Virus record (IMG/VR): IMGVR_UViG_3300044858_006017
Coordinates: 1 to 56,150 of that record
Source of the DNA: a virus
Taxonomy: Duplodnaviria > Caudoviricetes
Direction: 5' to 3' (one strand)
DNA: 56,150 nt
Every line of letters begins with the position of its first letter. Positions within the stretch are counted from its first letter, which is position 1. The notes beneath the pieces are model-generated. The model was given only the letters and a program-made list of their open reading frames with translations. It did not search any database and had not been told where the DNA came from. This document shows, one piece after another, positions 1-9,740 of the stretch. The translations under genes and the position numbers were made by a program.

Positions 1-227
1 TGTCTATTAAGTAGTCAAAAGCACATAAATGTGTATATAAAGTAGACAAAATAGGGATAAAAGTGTCCATTTCTTGTCCGTATAACATATAACATATTGA
101 TTTCATTATGTAATATAATGTCCGGTCATGTCCGATTAACATTAGACACATGTCTATTTTATAGACAGTAGATAGATTGTTTACAGGTGTGTATAAAGTA
201 GTCGGCTAAATAATAGACACCTGTCTA
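1..227. repeat. Non-coding iteron-like region (TGTCTA/TAGACA/TGTCCR repeats) with IHF-type site; candidate origin or packaging site
   Basis: TGTCTA at 1, 151, 222; TAGACA at 43, 143, 162, 214; TGTCC(A/G) at 64, 75, 119, 129; TAACATATTGATT at 90-102 matches IHF consensus YAANNNNTTGATW. Confidence 0.6.
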
Positions 228-239
228 AAAAAATAACAT

Positions 240-266
240 TAAAGTTTTTCTGCGGAGCTCCGATAA
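240..266 (+). promoter_or_regulatory. sigma28/FliA-type promoter
   Basis: TAAAGTTT-N11-TCCGATAA, 25 nt upstream of ATG 292 with GGAGG RBS. Confidence 0.85.
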
Positions 267-291
267 GGAACGTAGAACCAAAGGAGGTTTT

Positions 292-783
292 ATGGGTAAT
301 CCTCTCGTGCCGAATAGCGGGAATGATAATGTTTACACACCTTTACAGACCGCAATAGAAGCGGTCTCTTTACTCCCTGTGCGCGGGCACGTGTTAGATC
401 CTTCATGTGGAGAAGGTGTTTTCGGGGAGGCTATCCGACAAGTTCATCAAAGTGCGGAATTAACTGAATACGATATAAAAGACGGCTTAGACTTTATGAA
501 CGAGCGTTTTTACTATAACTGGGTCATCACTAATCCGCCTTGGTCTAAATTTAAAGAGTTTCTTATTAAAGCTATGCAATGTACGGATAACGTAGCATTT
601 TTAGTGACCATCACACATTTTGTAACTAAAGCTCGGCTAAAACTTCTATGCGACCACGGGTTTTATTTAAAACAGATACACTGCATTGATACCCCACCTA
701 AACCGTGGCCCCAATCTGGTTTTCAGGTTGCAATGGTATGGTGCTCAAAAGAACCTTCGGAGGAGGTAAAATGGATTTATTAA
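292..783 (+). CDS. DNA N6-adenine methyltransferase
   Basis: Motif I LDPSCGEG, motif IV ITNPPW. Confidence 0.8.
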   Translation: MGNPLVPNSGNDNVYTPLQTAIEAVSLLPVRGHVLDPSCGEGVFGEAIRQVHQSAELTEYDIKDGLDFMNERFYYNWVITNPPWSKFKEFLIKAMQCTDNVAFLVTITHFVTKARLKLLCDHGFYLKQIHCIDTPPKPWPQSGFQVAMVWCSKEPSEEVKWIY

Positions 784-1157
784 GGATACATTACAGAGAG
801 GTCGTTACTCCGTTAGGAGTAGATTTGTTGTACGACGGAAGAACCTTAGTTTTTATGTGTAGGCAGATTTTACTGAAAACAAAACAGGCCATTATAGACC
901 AGGATGATGTTTTAGTGGTAGAGGGTGCCCGTGTTCTTTTAAGAAACCTCCCTAAATCCGGAAAGATAGACTTAAGTCCTAGTTTTAGTAAAGGTCACGG
1001 GCGTGCTTTCCAGCCAGAAACACAACAGGAGTATCTACAAACATTTGATTTTCTTGGTGTCTGCTCTATAGAAAATGAGGATATCGTTATCACGTTAGAG
1101 GTATTACCTGGGCACGGTCATCGGTGGTTTAACGCAAAAACAGGGAGATTCCTATGA
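771..1157 (+). CDS. hypothetical protein
   Basis: ORF 705..1157; start moved to ATG 771 behind GGAGG. Confidence 0.6.
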   Translation: MDLLRIHYREVVTPLGVDLLYDGRTLVFMCRQILLKTKQAIIDQDDVLVVEGARVLLRNLPKSGKIDLSPSFSKGHGRAFQPETQQEYLQTFDFLGVCSIENEDIVITLEVLPGHGHRWFNAKTGRFL

Positions 1158-1666
1158 ACATTCAGCATTCATCCAGAACGGACAGATGGTATACCCCACT
1201 CTACATAATCGAAATGGTTAAGGAGGTGTTGGGTGAAATTGACCTCGACCCCGCGTCTGAAGAACATGCCAATGAGGTAATCGGGGCACGGGAATTCTAT
1301 ACCCGGAATGCATTAAATGAAACCTGGGTAGCAAACAAGGTTTTCTTAAATCCTCCTGGAACCAAGATTGGAAACCAATCCCAATCAGCACTTTTCTGGG
1401 AAAAGCTCGTTTATCATTTTGATCGGGGACATATAGGAGAGGCTATCTTCATGGCATTCAGTGCTGAGCTGTTAGCTGTATCTCAGAAATATGGGCCTAA
1501 AAGCCTTTTGGATTTTACCGTCTGCATCCCTAAGAACAGAATTAGGTTTGTAGATCCATTAAGTCCTGGGAAATCAGCACCGAGCCATTCCAATGTGATT
1601 GTGTATTTAGGTGACAATGTAGATAAATTTAAACAGGTGTTTTCAAGAATAGGAGCTTGCAAATGA
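1154..1666 (+). CDS. phage DNA N6-adenine methyltransferase (Dam-like phage family)
   Basis: DRWYTP, DLDPAS, VFLNPPG, RIRF motifs. Confidence 0.8.
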   Translation: MNIQHSSRTDRWYTPLYIIEMVKEVLGEIDLDPASEEHANEVIGAREFYTRNALNETWVANKVFLNPPGTKIGNQSQSALFWEKLVYHFDRGHIGEAIFMAFSAELLAVSQKYGPKSLLDFTVCIPKNRIRFVDPLSPGKSAPSHSNVIVYLGDNVDKFKQVFSRIGACK

Positions 1667-2088
1667 ATTTAGAAGAATATTTAGCAGACGGGCCGAAAAA
1701 GATGTTTTCCTTGCTGGAGGGGATTGTTACTGTGGGACTAATTAACTGCCACTTTTACCCTTATATTTTAGGGGCTAAATTTAGTTATATCGATGACGGT
1801 ACACGCCCGTCATCTAAATATCGAGTTTTACTAACCCTTGAAGAAGCCGCACAACTCGGGTTTGTAAAGAGGGTGGAGAGGGTGGAGCGTAGAGTTAAAT
1901 TTAGAAGCGCCTCTAACAAAGTGTTTATAACCGGAGCCGAGTATTTAGATAAAGCTGATTTTGAAGGGCACTTTCATCACGTAAGTGCAAAAGATGGGTT
2001 TATCTCGTTCGTGGATGATGAGTTAAACGAATGTCCGCCTCCGTCCGAGGAATGGGTAGAAACAATGCCCGAATTTATGAAAGTGTAA
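1663..2088 (+). CDS. hypothetical protein, paralog of 40239 and 40643 genes
   Basis: Shares LTLEEA..LG.V and ISFVD..LNECPPP with 40239..40646. Confidence 0.7.
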   Translation: MNLEEYLADGPKKMFSLLEGIVTVGLINCHFYPYILGAKFSYIDDGTRPSSKYRVLLTLEEAAQLGFVKRVERVERRVKFRSASNKVFITGAEYLDKADFEGHFHHVSAKDGFISFVDDELNECPPPSEEWVETMPEFMKV

Positions 2089-2102
2089 AAGGAGTTGATT
2101 AA

Positions 2103-2879
2103 ATGAAAGATATTTTTGAAGGGGTAAATTTGGACCGATTTAGTTTCCCCCTGTCCTTTTCCGAACCGACAGATCGAATAATGTACTCCCTTTTCAATAA
2201 ATATTTTAAACACAGAGATGACCACCGGCCTGGCTATTATTCCTTTGATGACCGTTTAGTAGACGATATTACTAAAGGGTTTCGTTGGTATTTTCCCCTC
2301 ACTTTACGTGAGAATGCTACTGAAATGGAAAAAATACTTTTTAGCGGTATTTCTGCCCAGGTACATCTAGCTTTTGTCTTAGGGTTTAACAGCTACTGTT
2401 TTTTTAAGGGCTGGGTTTTTGACGATGACCTTGATTTCCCCGGATCGCCTGATTTCCTAGATGGTTTGACTATCGTCGGTGTTATGGATTTTTTACGGAC
2501 GCAACCCCTTAGTTACGGTAAATTTAAACGTAAGTATAAAGAAGGGCCTATAAACACCGCAGCTGTGCTGGTTCGCCCTTTTAACATAAAATATGTTCCT
2601 GATGAGGAACTTACCCAGGAACTGTGTGACTTGGCCTACAGTCTAGAACCCCGCACGGCATTCTATATCCCTGAACGATTTGGAAAAAAAAAATACCCTC
2701 CCCCTCCCCCATGTGGCCCTCTTGCCCTCTACGTAACTGACCCTTTTGCTTTATTAAAAGTACGCGACCCTTCAAAAAATAACCTGCCTACCTTTTCCGT
2801 AAACGGATATAAGGTAACCGATTATATTACAGCCGCGGGTATAAGAAGGGAAATGCGGGTGTCTGGTCTTTGGGAATAG
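2103..2879 (+). CDS. hypothetical protein, possibly with DUF4116-like repeat
   Basis: AAGGAG RBS; segment NIKYVPDEELTQELCDLA...AFYIPE resembles DUF4116 repeats. Confidence 0.55.
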   Translation: MKDIFEGVNLDRFSFPLSFSEPTDRIMYSLFNKYFKHRDDHRPGYYSFDDRLVDDITKGFRWYFPLTLRENATEMEKILFSGISAQVHLAFVLGFNSYCFFKGWVFDDDLDFPGSPDFLDGLTIVGVMDFLRTQPLSYGKFKRKYKEGPINTAAVLVRPFNIKYVPDEELTQELCDLAYSLEPRTAFYIPERFGKKKYPPPPPCGPLALYVTDPFALLKVRDPSKNNLPTFSVNGYKVTDYITAAGIRREMRVSGLWE

Positions 2880-2886
2880 TTGGCCA

Positions 2887-2923
2887 CCCGGCCAGTAAAG
2901 TCAGAAAAAATGGCCGGGGTTTT
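2887..2923 (+). terminator. putative intrinsic terminator
   Basis: CCCGGCCA/TGGCCGGG stem followed by GTTTT, just after stop 2879; large loop. Confidence 0.4.
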
Positions 2924-2946
2924 CCAAGGTGCCTATAATCATAATA

Positions 2947-2982
2947 ACCCCCCCCCCCTCCGGAATACCCCCCCCCCCTCCC
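2947..2982. repeat. tandem C11 tracts (A-C11-TCC twice, 20-bp period)
   Basis: C runs at 2948-2958 and 2968-2978. Confidence 0.8.
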
Positions 2983-3014
2983 AGGTCAGCATATTCAAAG
3001 GCTTACTCCCCCGT

Positions 3015-3209
3015 CTACCCCTCCCATCCATGGGTTAACCTCTCTCTCTCCAAAGCCTCCAGCTTTCGGAGTATAGACCAAAAATCTGGCCTATCCATAA
3101 TGGGGAGGCAGTACGCCTTCCCGTCCCTGGGTTCTATGAACAAAGTATCCGAAATGTGCTCTCTCTCTCCTCTAATGAATAACTCATCTCCAATTCTATA
3201 TGAAATCAT
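3015..3209 (-). CDS. small hypothetical early protein
   Basis: GGAGGT RBS and sigma28-type promoter directly upstream. Confidence 0.65.
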   Translation of the reverse strand: MISYRIGDELFIRGEREHISDTLFIEPRDGKAYCLPIMDRPDFWSILRKLEALERERLTHGWEG

Positions 3210-3228
3210 AAATTACCTCCTATAACAC

Positions 3229-3255
3229 CTATCGGAACATAGACGGAATACTTTA
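3229..3255 (-). promoter_or_regulatory. sigma28/FliA-type promoter
   Basis: TAAAGTAT-N11-TCCGATAG on minus strand. Confidence 0.8.
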
Positions 3256-3297
3256 ATTTAATGGAAGAGGTTGAAAGAAAAGAATAAAGGAAGAAAT

Positions 3298-3324
3298 TAA
3301 AGATTTTCTGGGAAATGACGAAGA
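3298..3324 (+). promoter_or_regulatory. sigma28-type promoter (degenerate -10)
   Basis: TAAAGATT-N11-GACGAAGA upstream of 3365. Confidence 0.55.
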
Positions 3325-3364
3325 GGATAGTAAGGGAATGAACCCACAAAGAGGAGAATAGAAA

Positions 3365-3619
3365 ATGAAAACAATAAAAGAAGTTTTAAAAAGCCACGGA
3401 ATCGAAAGCACGTCCTACATGGGGGCAGAAATCCTCTTTGTCTTGAATAGTCATGGACAATGGGAAAACGGTGACAACAACGGAGACAGGTATGCTTTTT
3501 TTCTGAAAAACAATAAAATTTATATAGAGAAAAAAAGCATAGGTTCCTACCAATGTATCCCCGTCCCCTGGAAAGGGGAACGGCCAGAGGACATGAGTTT
3601 TGAGTACTACCGGTACTAA
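3365..3619 (+). CDS. small hypothetical early protein
   Basis: GAGGAGAATAGAAAATG RBS context. Confidence 0.65.
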   Translation: MKTIKEVLKSHGIESTSYMGAEILFVLNSHGQWENGDNNGDRYAFFLKNNKIYIEKKSIGSYQCIPVPWKGERPEDMSFEYYRY

Positions 3620-3636
3620 GGAAAGGAGAATAGAAA

Positions 3637-3885
3637 ATGAAAACCCAATACGGTAACCAGGCGATTGATTTTGAAGAAGTGTTCACGGCAACTAAAGGTT
3701 GCTGCGAGCCGATTGAAATCGCCAGAATCTTAAAAAGAGCAGAGGTTTTCACTCTGCTAACAGATGAGCAAATAATTCGAGGCCTAAAAAAGGCCGGTGT
3801 GTCATTGTTAATGATAGGTTTGGTACCACAATACCGAGATAGAGATCTCGACTTACCTCGTGCTCGAAAAAGGAGAAAGAAATGA
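3637..3885 (+). CDS. small hypothetical early protein
   Basis: AAGGAGAATAGAAAATG RBS context. Confidence 0.65.
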   Translation: MKTQYGNQAIDFEEVFTATKGCCEPIEIARILKRAEVFTLLTDEQIIRGLKKAGVSLLMIGLVPQYRDRDLDLPRARKRRKK

Positions 3886-3971
3886 AAAGATTGAAAAAAG
3901 GATCGGAAACGGGCCGGGTGGGGGGTTATGAATTTCAAGGTTTTTGAAAAGTTAAAACGAGGGGGGCGGGG

Positions 3972-4727
3972 TTAAATATCTCCTATTTTATCTGCTGCAT
4001 AGGCTTCCGCTATCCTCATCTTGGAATTAGATGATGGAGGTGCAATTTTCTGTTCATCTTCTTTTGGCTTTTGTAGTAAGGACTGCAGGCTGGAATCCAC
4101 GGGATATGTTCCCATGAACACATGCATTTGTTTCTTCTTTTGCCACGGCAAGTCGTAATCCTCATCCTTAGCCACAGAGGCAATCAGCCTCTCAGTAAAC
4201 AAAGACTGGTATTGTTCGTACAATTCCGGATAAACCTCTCCCAAAATCTTTACCATTGTCCTGGCTAAAACTCCTTGCTCGAGCGCGTAAACTATTTCAA
4301 ATGGGCTGTTCACAACTATCCATGTTCTCATGAACAAAGACTCTACGGTATCACTTGGCTTTTTACCTTTAGGGATATTGGGAATAAGTCTCCGCATATA
4401 TTCCAGACAGCCTCTGACTTTGTTGTTCAAAGCAATGACCAGTTCCTCATCCTGAAAGTCTGTCTTTATGGTGAATTCCTCGTCTAAACATTTGACAATA
4501 AGGTCAATAGTCTTCCTTAAATCTGGGTATTCCGGTAGGTTTACGGGCTCGAATCCTTCTTCATTGAAGAATCCTTTCATGAACTTATCTAAACGTTTCC
4601 CGAGCTTGAGGGCTTTGTCTAAATCCTTCCTGTATACACCTTTCTTTAAAATGTGTTCTAAGGTTAAGGAGGCAATGATGACGTCTTCCGTTGGGAGTTC
4701 GTCATTGATTAGAGGTGTTGTCATCAT
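3972..4727 (-). CDS. putative internal virion protein (last of ejection-protein cluster)
   Basis: Overlaps and is co-oriented with 4702..6501; helical composition. Confidence 0.5.
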   Translation of the reverse strand: MMTTPLINDELPTEDVIIASLTLEHILKKGVYRKDLDKALKLGKRLDKFMKGFFNEEGFEPVNLPEYPDLRKTIDLIVKCLDEEFTIKTDFQDEELVIALNNKVRGCLEYMRRLIPNIPKGKKPSDTVESLFMRTWIVVNSPFEIVYALEQGVLARTMVKILGEVYPELYEQYQSLFTERLIASVAKDEDYDLPWQKKKQMHVFMGTYPVDSSLQSLLQKPKEDEQKIAPPSSNSKMRIAEAYAADKIGDI

Positions 4728-6501
4728 TTACAGAATATCCTTGTTTTTTGAGTATTTCGATTGCAGTCTTTTCAGGTATTCCTTTATCGACCAGCTTGTC
4801 TACAAAAGATTTAAAGCCTCCTGAGGTCAGAGTTCTATTAACTCTTAGAGCAAGGCTAGGATTATTACGGAGTCCTCCTAAAATGGCTCCTGTAGCTGCA
4901 CCAAAGCCGCCTAGCTCCGAATCCACAGAGTTTCCTAAAAGGTAGCCTACTGAACCAGCTCCTATTGCATTTCCAGCCTGTTGACCTAAGTTTCTATTCG
5001 TAGCTACAGATATAGACTGGAGTTCGTTGGAAGTTTTTAACGGATCTCTCTTGTTAAGGAAGTCTCTCACTTCTTTTGCTATCTCGAGTTCGTCACCATA
5101 CTTATCGGCAAACTTTTCTAAAGACTTTACTCTTGCCTCAATGTCCAAAACTTTTCCTGATTGTCCTTGAGGATTGAGGAACGTTTGAAGTTTGGCTTGG
5201 CTAACATTCCCATCTTTATCTAAAAGAAGTTTCTTAAGTGCAGGTTTAACTAGAGAAGCTTCCGTAAAGAGCTTATCCGCTTTTACTAAATCGGGATCCT
5301 GTTTCACTAACCCTTGAATCTTATTCTTAGCTTCGGTTAAGAGAGTAATATCTCTATCTTTCATTTCCACTTTAAACTTTTGTTTTAAAAGAAAGTCTAT
5401 CTGTTTACGGGCTTCAAGCAGTCCGGCCACATCTTCAATTTTACCTTTTTCTTGCCACGCAGATAGCTGTTTTACTACCTTTTTAGCAGCATTCGAGTAA
5501 TCTTCAGGGTCGGCTGCCACCGCATTTTTTAGAGTTGAAACAACCTCCTGCCCCACTTTTGGGGCTTCTTTATTTAAAGCTGAATTAGCTATCGCCTTTT
5601 GGTAGCCTTCTCCATACTTTTCACTGACTTTGGCACCTACTTTTTCAACCATAGATTTAGCTTCAGGTGCAGCTCTTTGCAATAGAGCAGGGAGCTCTTC
5701 TAGTTCCTTTTCAGCCTGATCCATTAACTTAGGATTATTTAAAAACTTTTGGTAGGAAGCTTTCTCTTTAGGTGGAAGGTCAGCCATCTTTCCCGCGATA
5801 GCCCTTCCAGTTTTGGTAGCAGCTTGCCCTAATGCACTGAGTCCTCCACCTACAAGAGCTCCTGTTTTAGCCGCGTCTGTGGCTTTACTGACCACGTCTC
5901 CTGGGATATCAGATAGCTTTTCAGCCTCACCCACAGCACGGATAGAGGCATCCGTTGCAGCTAGGATTCCCCCTTGAGCGGCCGCACCTAAAACTTTTCC
6001 TGAAGCTTTGGCTAAAGTTCCCCCGCCTAGTTTGGCGGCTGCTGCTGTAGCGGCTTTAGTCCCTGCTTTTGCAGCTAATCCTGCGCCTGGAGCTATAGCG
6101 AAAGAGGCTAAACCGCCGAATACTTGACCCGTGGTAAACACTCCAGGACGGCTGGCCTCAGCTTGTTTTTCTTTAGCTAAATACTCTTCTTTACCTGCTT
6201 GGAAGCCTTTTCCGGATATCATTCCACCTACACCAGCTATCTTATCTGCAAAACCAAAGGTTAGCTCTTTGGCTGCACCACGAAATAAAGCCTCCCCTAC
6301 ACCTACAGGAGGAGTTTCGTTAGGGTCTATAAGACCATCCGCCTTAGCCTCTTCAATACGCGCTGCGGGGATACTGTAGGAAGCTCCTGAGGTATCTGTC
6401 ATTTTCACCACACGCTGTAAACCATCGGCTTCGGCTTCGGCTACCCGCTCATCAGGAATAGTGTAATATTCCCCTTTGGAATCTATCATCCTAGTAGGCA
6501 T
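4702..6501 (-). CDS. internal virion/DNA ejection protein
   Basis: 599 aa, Ala/Gly-rich amphipathic segments (GEALFRGAAKELTFGFAD), podovirus core-protein position. Confidence 0.6.
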   Translation of the reverse strand: MPTRMIDSKGEYYTIPDERVAEAEADGLQRVVKMTDTSGASYSIPAARIEEAKADGLIDPNETPPVGVGEALFRGAAKELTFGFADKIAGVGGMISGKGFQAGKEEYLAKEKQAEASRPGVFTTGQVFGGLASFAIAPGAGLAAKAGTKAATAAAAKLGGGTLAKASGKVLGAAAQGGILAATDASIRAVGEAEKLSDIPGDVVSKATDAAKTGALVGGGLSALGQAATKTGRAIAGKMADLPPKEKASYQKFLNNPKLMDQAEKELEELPALLQRAAPEAKSMVEKVGAKVSEKYGEGYQKAIANSALNKEAPKVGQEVVSTLKNAVAADPEDYSNAAKKVVKQLSAWQEKGKIEDVAGLLEARKQIDFLLKQKFKVEMKDRDITLLTEAKNKIQGLVKQDPDLVKADKLFTEASLVKPALKKLLLDKDGNVSQAKLQTFLNPQGQSGKVLDIEARVKSLEKFADKYGDELEIAKEVRDFLNKRDPLKTSNELQSISVATNRNLGQQAGNAIGAGSVGYLLGNSVDSELGGFGAATGAILGGLRNNPSLALRVNRTLTSGGFKSFVDKLVDKGIPEKTAIEILKKQGYSVNDDNTSNQ

Positions 6502-8051
6502 TATTTAGCTCCATCTTTATAGGATCCCCATTTATTCTGGGTTTCGGGTACAGTTGGTTTAGATTTTTCAGATTCTTTTTGGACAGGTAAACTAGACTCA
6601 CCTTCCCTTTTCACAGGACTAGTTAAAAACCTACCTTTAGCGTTGAGTGGGGTATCCTCAATCTCATTTTCAAATGAAGTAAAATAACCAGCTGGTAACT
6701 GTAATTCAATTTCCTTTTGTTTGGCTCGTGTTAAAGCCTTTTCTGCATCTTTTTTAGCTTGTGCTGTGTTAGCAAGCATTGACTCCCTGATTTTCTTAAC
6801 ATCATCAATATCATAAATTGATCCTGTCCCTAAACTAGAAAGTTTAGTTTTAAACTTTTCAAGAACAGACTTACCCACAAGCATGTTTAGACCTTCCTGG
6901 CCTATGGAGCCCTGTCCTGCACCTTCAGCACTGGCTATATAGTTTAACATTGCCGCAGCATCTGCCCCTCTTTTTAAGAGAGAATCAAACTTTCTCATAA
7001 ATACTAAAGTTTTATAGTATTTGTCATAGGATTTATTGGCTTGTAACTCGTCCTGTATTTCTTTTACACGTTTATCTTTTATCGCGGCAATTTCTTCTTT
7101 AGCTTTTTCGCTATCTGTAGGGCTAACTTCCTTCATGGAAGTTTGTTCACCTTTGGAAAGACTGCTTGTCACATTAGCTCTAAGACTTTCTTGAGTTTTC
7201 TGTTGGGCTTCAAGCTCTTTCTGTTTTAGATCTAGTATCCTAGAATCTTTGCTAATCTGTTCCGCTGTTAGTCCTTGCTTAGCAAGCTGTTGTTTATAAA
7301 GTAATCCGGCCTTCTCATAGGCCACAGCTTTGGATGCATCTAGCATCGTGGAGGCGCGATTATACTCCTCCAGTAAATCTGACCTATCTCCTTTAGAAGC
7401 TGCTACAGCATCTTTTAGTTTACTTAAGCTGGCTTGCTGTTTAACAAAATCCATCTCAATGGCACTATTTAATACTTTATAAGCTGTGTTTTCCCTTCCA
7501 GTTAAAGCAGCTCCATACTCACCAATACCTACAGCGATAGCGGCTAAAGCTTTTGCAGCCAGCCCTTTATCTTGAAAAAAATCTTTAAACTGAAACTCTT
7601 TTACGGCTTTTACGGATTCGGCAATCTGGGATGCCTTTTCCTGATACTGCCTATCAAACTCCTGCTGTTTCTTGATTCTCTCCTGTTCATAAGCAATCTG
7701 GGCATCAACCTCAGCCTGAGCCTTTGCTTGAGCAGCTTTAACCTCCTCTTGTCTAAGCTGGAAAGATTGCTCCTCAAGTTCAATACGTTGTTCCGTATTC
7801 TTTTGTAGGCCTTCTTGAATGCCCGCTTCTTTTTCTGTCGGAACCTGACGGGTAGTAGAGCTCCCTGTCTGAACCTGTGAGGAACTACTTTCTAAGGAAG
7901 TAGGTAAAGAGGTAGGAGCGGGAGCTGAAACGGGTTCTGGTGCGGGAGCTGGTTGAGGTGGTGCCACAGATTGAGTAGGGGCAGGTGGAACTACTGACTG
8001 AGCAGTAGGATTAAGAATGTCTTCTTCTTTTAGAGGGTTTAAATTATCCAT
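6501..8051 (-). CDS. internal virion/DNA ejection protein
   Basis: Pro-rich N-terminus, coiled coils, ALAAIAVGIGEYGAAL segment. Confidence 0.6.
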   Translation of the reverse strand: MDNLNPLKEEDILNPTAQSVVPPAPTQSVAPPQPAPAPEPVSAPAPTSLPTSLESSSSQVQTGSSTTRQVPTEKEAGIQEGLQKNTEQRIELEEQSFQLRQEEVKAAQAKAQAEVDAQIAYEQERIKKQQEFDRQYQEKASQIAESVKAVKEFQFKDFFQDKGLAAKALAAIAVGIGEYGAALTGRENTAYKVLNSAIEMDFVKQQASLSKLKDAVAASKGDRSDLLEEYNRASTMLDASKAVAYEKAGLLYKQQLAKQGLTAEQISKDSRILDLKQKELEAQQKTQESLRANVTSSLSKGEQTSMKEVSPTDSEKAKEEIAAIKDKRVKEIQDELQANKSYDKYYKTLVFMRKFDSLLKRGADAAAMLNYIASAEGAGQGSIGQEGLNMLVGKSVLEKFKTKLSSLGTGSIYDIDDVKKIRESMLANTAQAKKDAEKALTRAKQKEIELQLPAGYFTSFENEIEDTPLNAKGRFLTSPVKREGESSLPVQKESEKSKPTVPETQNKWGSYKDGAK

Positions 8052-9730
8052 TATTTTTTCCCTTCAATTTTCTTATTAAGATAAGCAAGCCCTGCAAGTG
8101 CTGCCTGTAAAGCCTTATCCGTGTCTACTTTTAAATACCCGGTGGTTTCGTCTTTTGAAACCATTTCTTTCCCGAGGTCAGATTTAGCAATATCTTGGGC
8201 CATTACCCCAGTTCGAGATTGCCCGCCTACACCTGGAACATCTTTCTTGTAGGAATAGTCATACTCATTTAAAGCGTTAACAAAAGCCCCGATTTTCTCT
8301 GAGCTTTGGACATTTTCTTTTGCACTCTCGTCAGAGAATATTGAGGCAGCGGCCGTCCCAATAGCTGATAGAGCGCTACCTACTGCTCCTGATTTGTTTT
8401 TAGCTAAGGCAATATGGTGTTCATCCTCAGCTTTTTTGTACTGGAAGTCTCTATCAGCAGCAGCCGAGGAAGCAGCTAACAATGCCTTTAAGGATTCCAT
8501 TTCCAGTCCCATTTTCTTGGAGGCTGCATCAAGATTCATTCCTTGCGCTTGTAGGTCGGCTGCTTGATTAGCGATATCCGCTCTAAGTTTAGCGTCCGTA
8601 GCAAACCTAGCCATTTCATCTTTAGCTTTTGCGTTGAACTGATCAACATTAATTCTATTCAAGCTATCCTGAATTCTGGCTTGGAGGTTAGCTGATTGGT
8701 TGGCTTGTTTGGCTTTCATAAAAGTATCGGCTGTAAACTTATCCGCGTCCAATGCTAAAGCCGCTTGGGTTTTAGCTAAATCAGCATCAAGGTCAGCCTG
8801 TTTTATAAGTCCTCGGTTAACTTGTTCGGCTGCTGTCATCCCTTCAGTAGATGACAACTGGGCTTGGCTGGTAGCTAAACCAATATCCTGGCCACGGGCA
8901 CCTTCCGTCACCTGGCCTAATAACTGTCGGGCTTGGAGCTGTTCCGCGAGTCTTAACTTCGCACTTTCTTGAGCATTCTGGGCTTGGATGTTACCGATAT
9001 TCTGGGCAGCTGCTCTACTGGCAAGAGCTGGGTTGATACCTCGTTGGGAGGCTGCCTGAGCCATTTGGGAGGCCACAGCAGCTTCGTTTGCCTGTTGTAG
9101 CTGCGCTTGGGCTAGGGAGGGGCCTTGACCGGATGCCTGCATATTTAAGGCATTAACAAGAGCCATCTGCTGATTTCTAAAGGCGGCTTGCTGTGTGGGG
9201 TCAATAGTAGTCCCGGTGTAAGTTTGCATCGGTCCTAACTGGGTTCGAGCTATCTGTTGGGCCGTAACTCTTTCACCTGTGATAGGATCAACCATAATCT
9301 GGCCGGGCTGGGCTATTTGGGTAGCTGCTCCAGGGTCTTGAACCCCAACTTGTTGGGCGTTTACCGTAGGTAAAGATTTAGCTAAAGCTGCCGCGAACTG
9401 AGGAGCATAGACAGCTTGAGGGTTTCTGGCTAAATACTGGGCCTGAGCCTCCGCGGCTTGTCTGGCAGCTGCATCAGCCTCGGGGGCGCTGGTTATGGCT
9501 CCCGGTTTCTCTTGACCCCTGCTCTGTTGGGCTTCAGTCTGGGCATTCTTTTCGGCTGTGGTCATCCCAGGGTTAGGGTTGCCATAATCCTTAGCTTCCT
9601 GCACCTGTCGATCATTTTCCGCCGCAGCTGCTTGATTAGAAGCCTCATTTTCTTTTAGTTTATCTAAGGTTTGCCCCCCCAAAGATTTTTCATTTCCGTC
9701 ACTATCCCCGTCACTGAACCAACCCGGCAT
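8051..9730 (-). CDS. internal virion protein with C-terminal intramolecular chaperone (peptidase S74-like)
   Basis: Gln/Ala-rich body; SDESAKENV...YDYSYK...GVMAQDI chaperone motifs. Confidence 0.7.
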   Translation of the reverse strand: MPGWFSDGDSDGNEKSLGGQTLDKLKENEASNQAAAAENDRQVQEAKDYGNPNPGMTTAEKNAQTEAQQSRGQEKPGAITSAPEADAAARQAAEAQAQYLARNPQAVYAPQFAAALAKSLPTVNAQQVGVQDPGAATQIAQPGQIMVDPITGERVTAQQIARTQLGPMQTYTGTTIDPTQQAAFRNQQMALVNALNMQASGQGPSLAQAQLQQANEAAVASQMAQAASQRGINPALASRAAAQNIGNIQAQNAQESAKLRLAEQLQARQLLGQVTEGARGQDIGLATSQAQLSSTEGMTAAEQVNRGLIKQADLDADLAKTQAALALDADKFTADTFMKAKQANQSANLQARIQDSLNRINVDQFNAKAKDEMARFATDAKLRADIANQAADLQAQGMNLDAASKKMGLEMESLKALLAASSAAADRDFQYKKAEDEHHIALAKNKSGAVGSALSAIGTAAASIFSDESAKENVQSSEKIGAFVNALNEYDYSYKKDVPGVGGQSRTGVMAQDIAKSDLGKEMVSKDETTGYLKVDTDKALQAALAGLAYLNKKIEGKK

Positions 9731-9740
9731 CTTAACTCCC

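Larger units (their letters stand above)
3220..3329. repeat. 110-bp inverted repeat, copy 1 (bidirectional promoter cassette)
   Basis: Exact reverse complement of 56041..56150. Confidence 0.9.

Noticed and set aside
2929-3938. ORFs 2929..3225(+) and 3297..3938(-)
   Set aside because: Shadow ORFs opposite genes that have good RBS and promoters; the poly-Pro comes from the C tracts.
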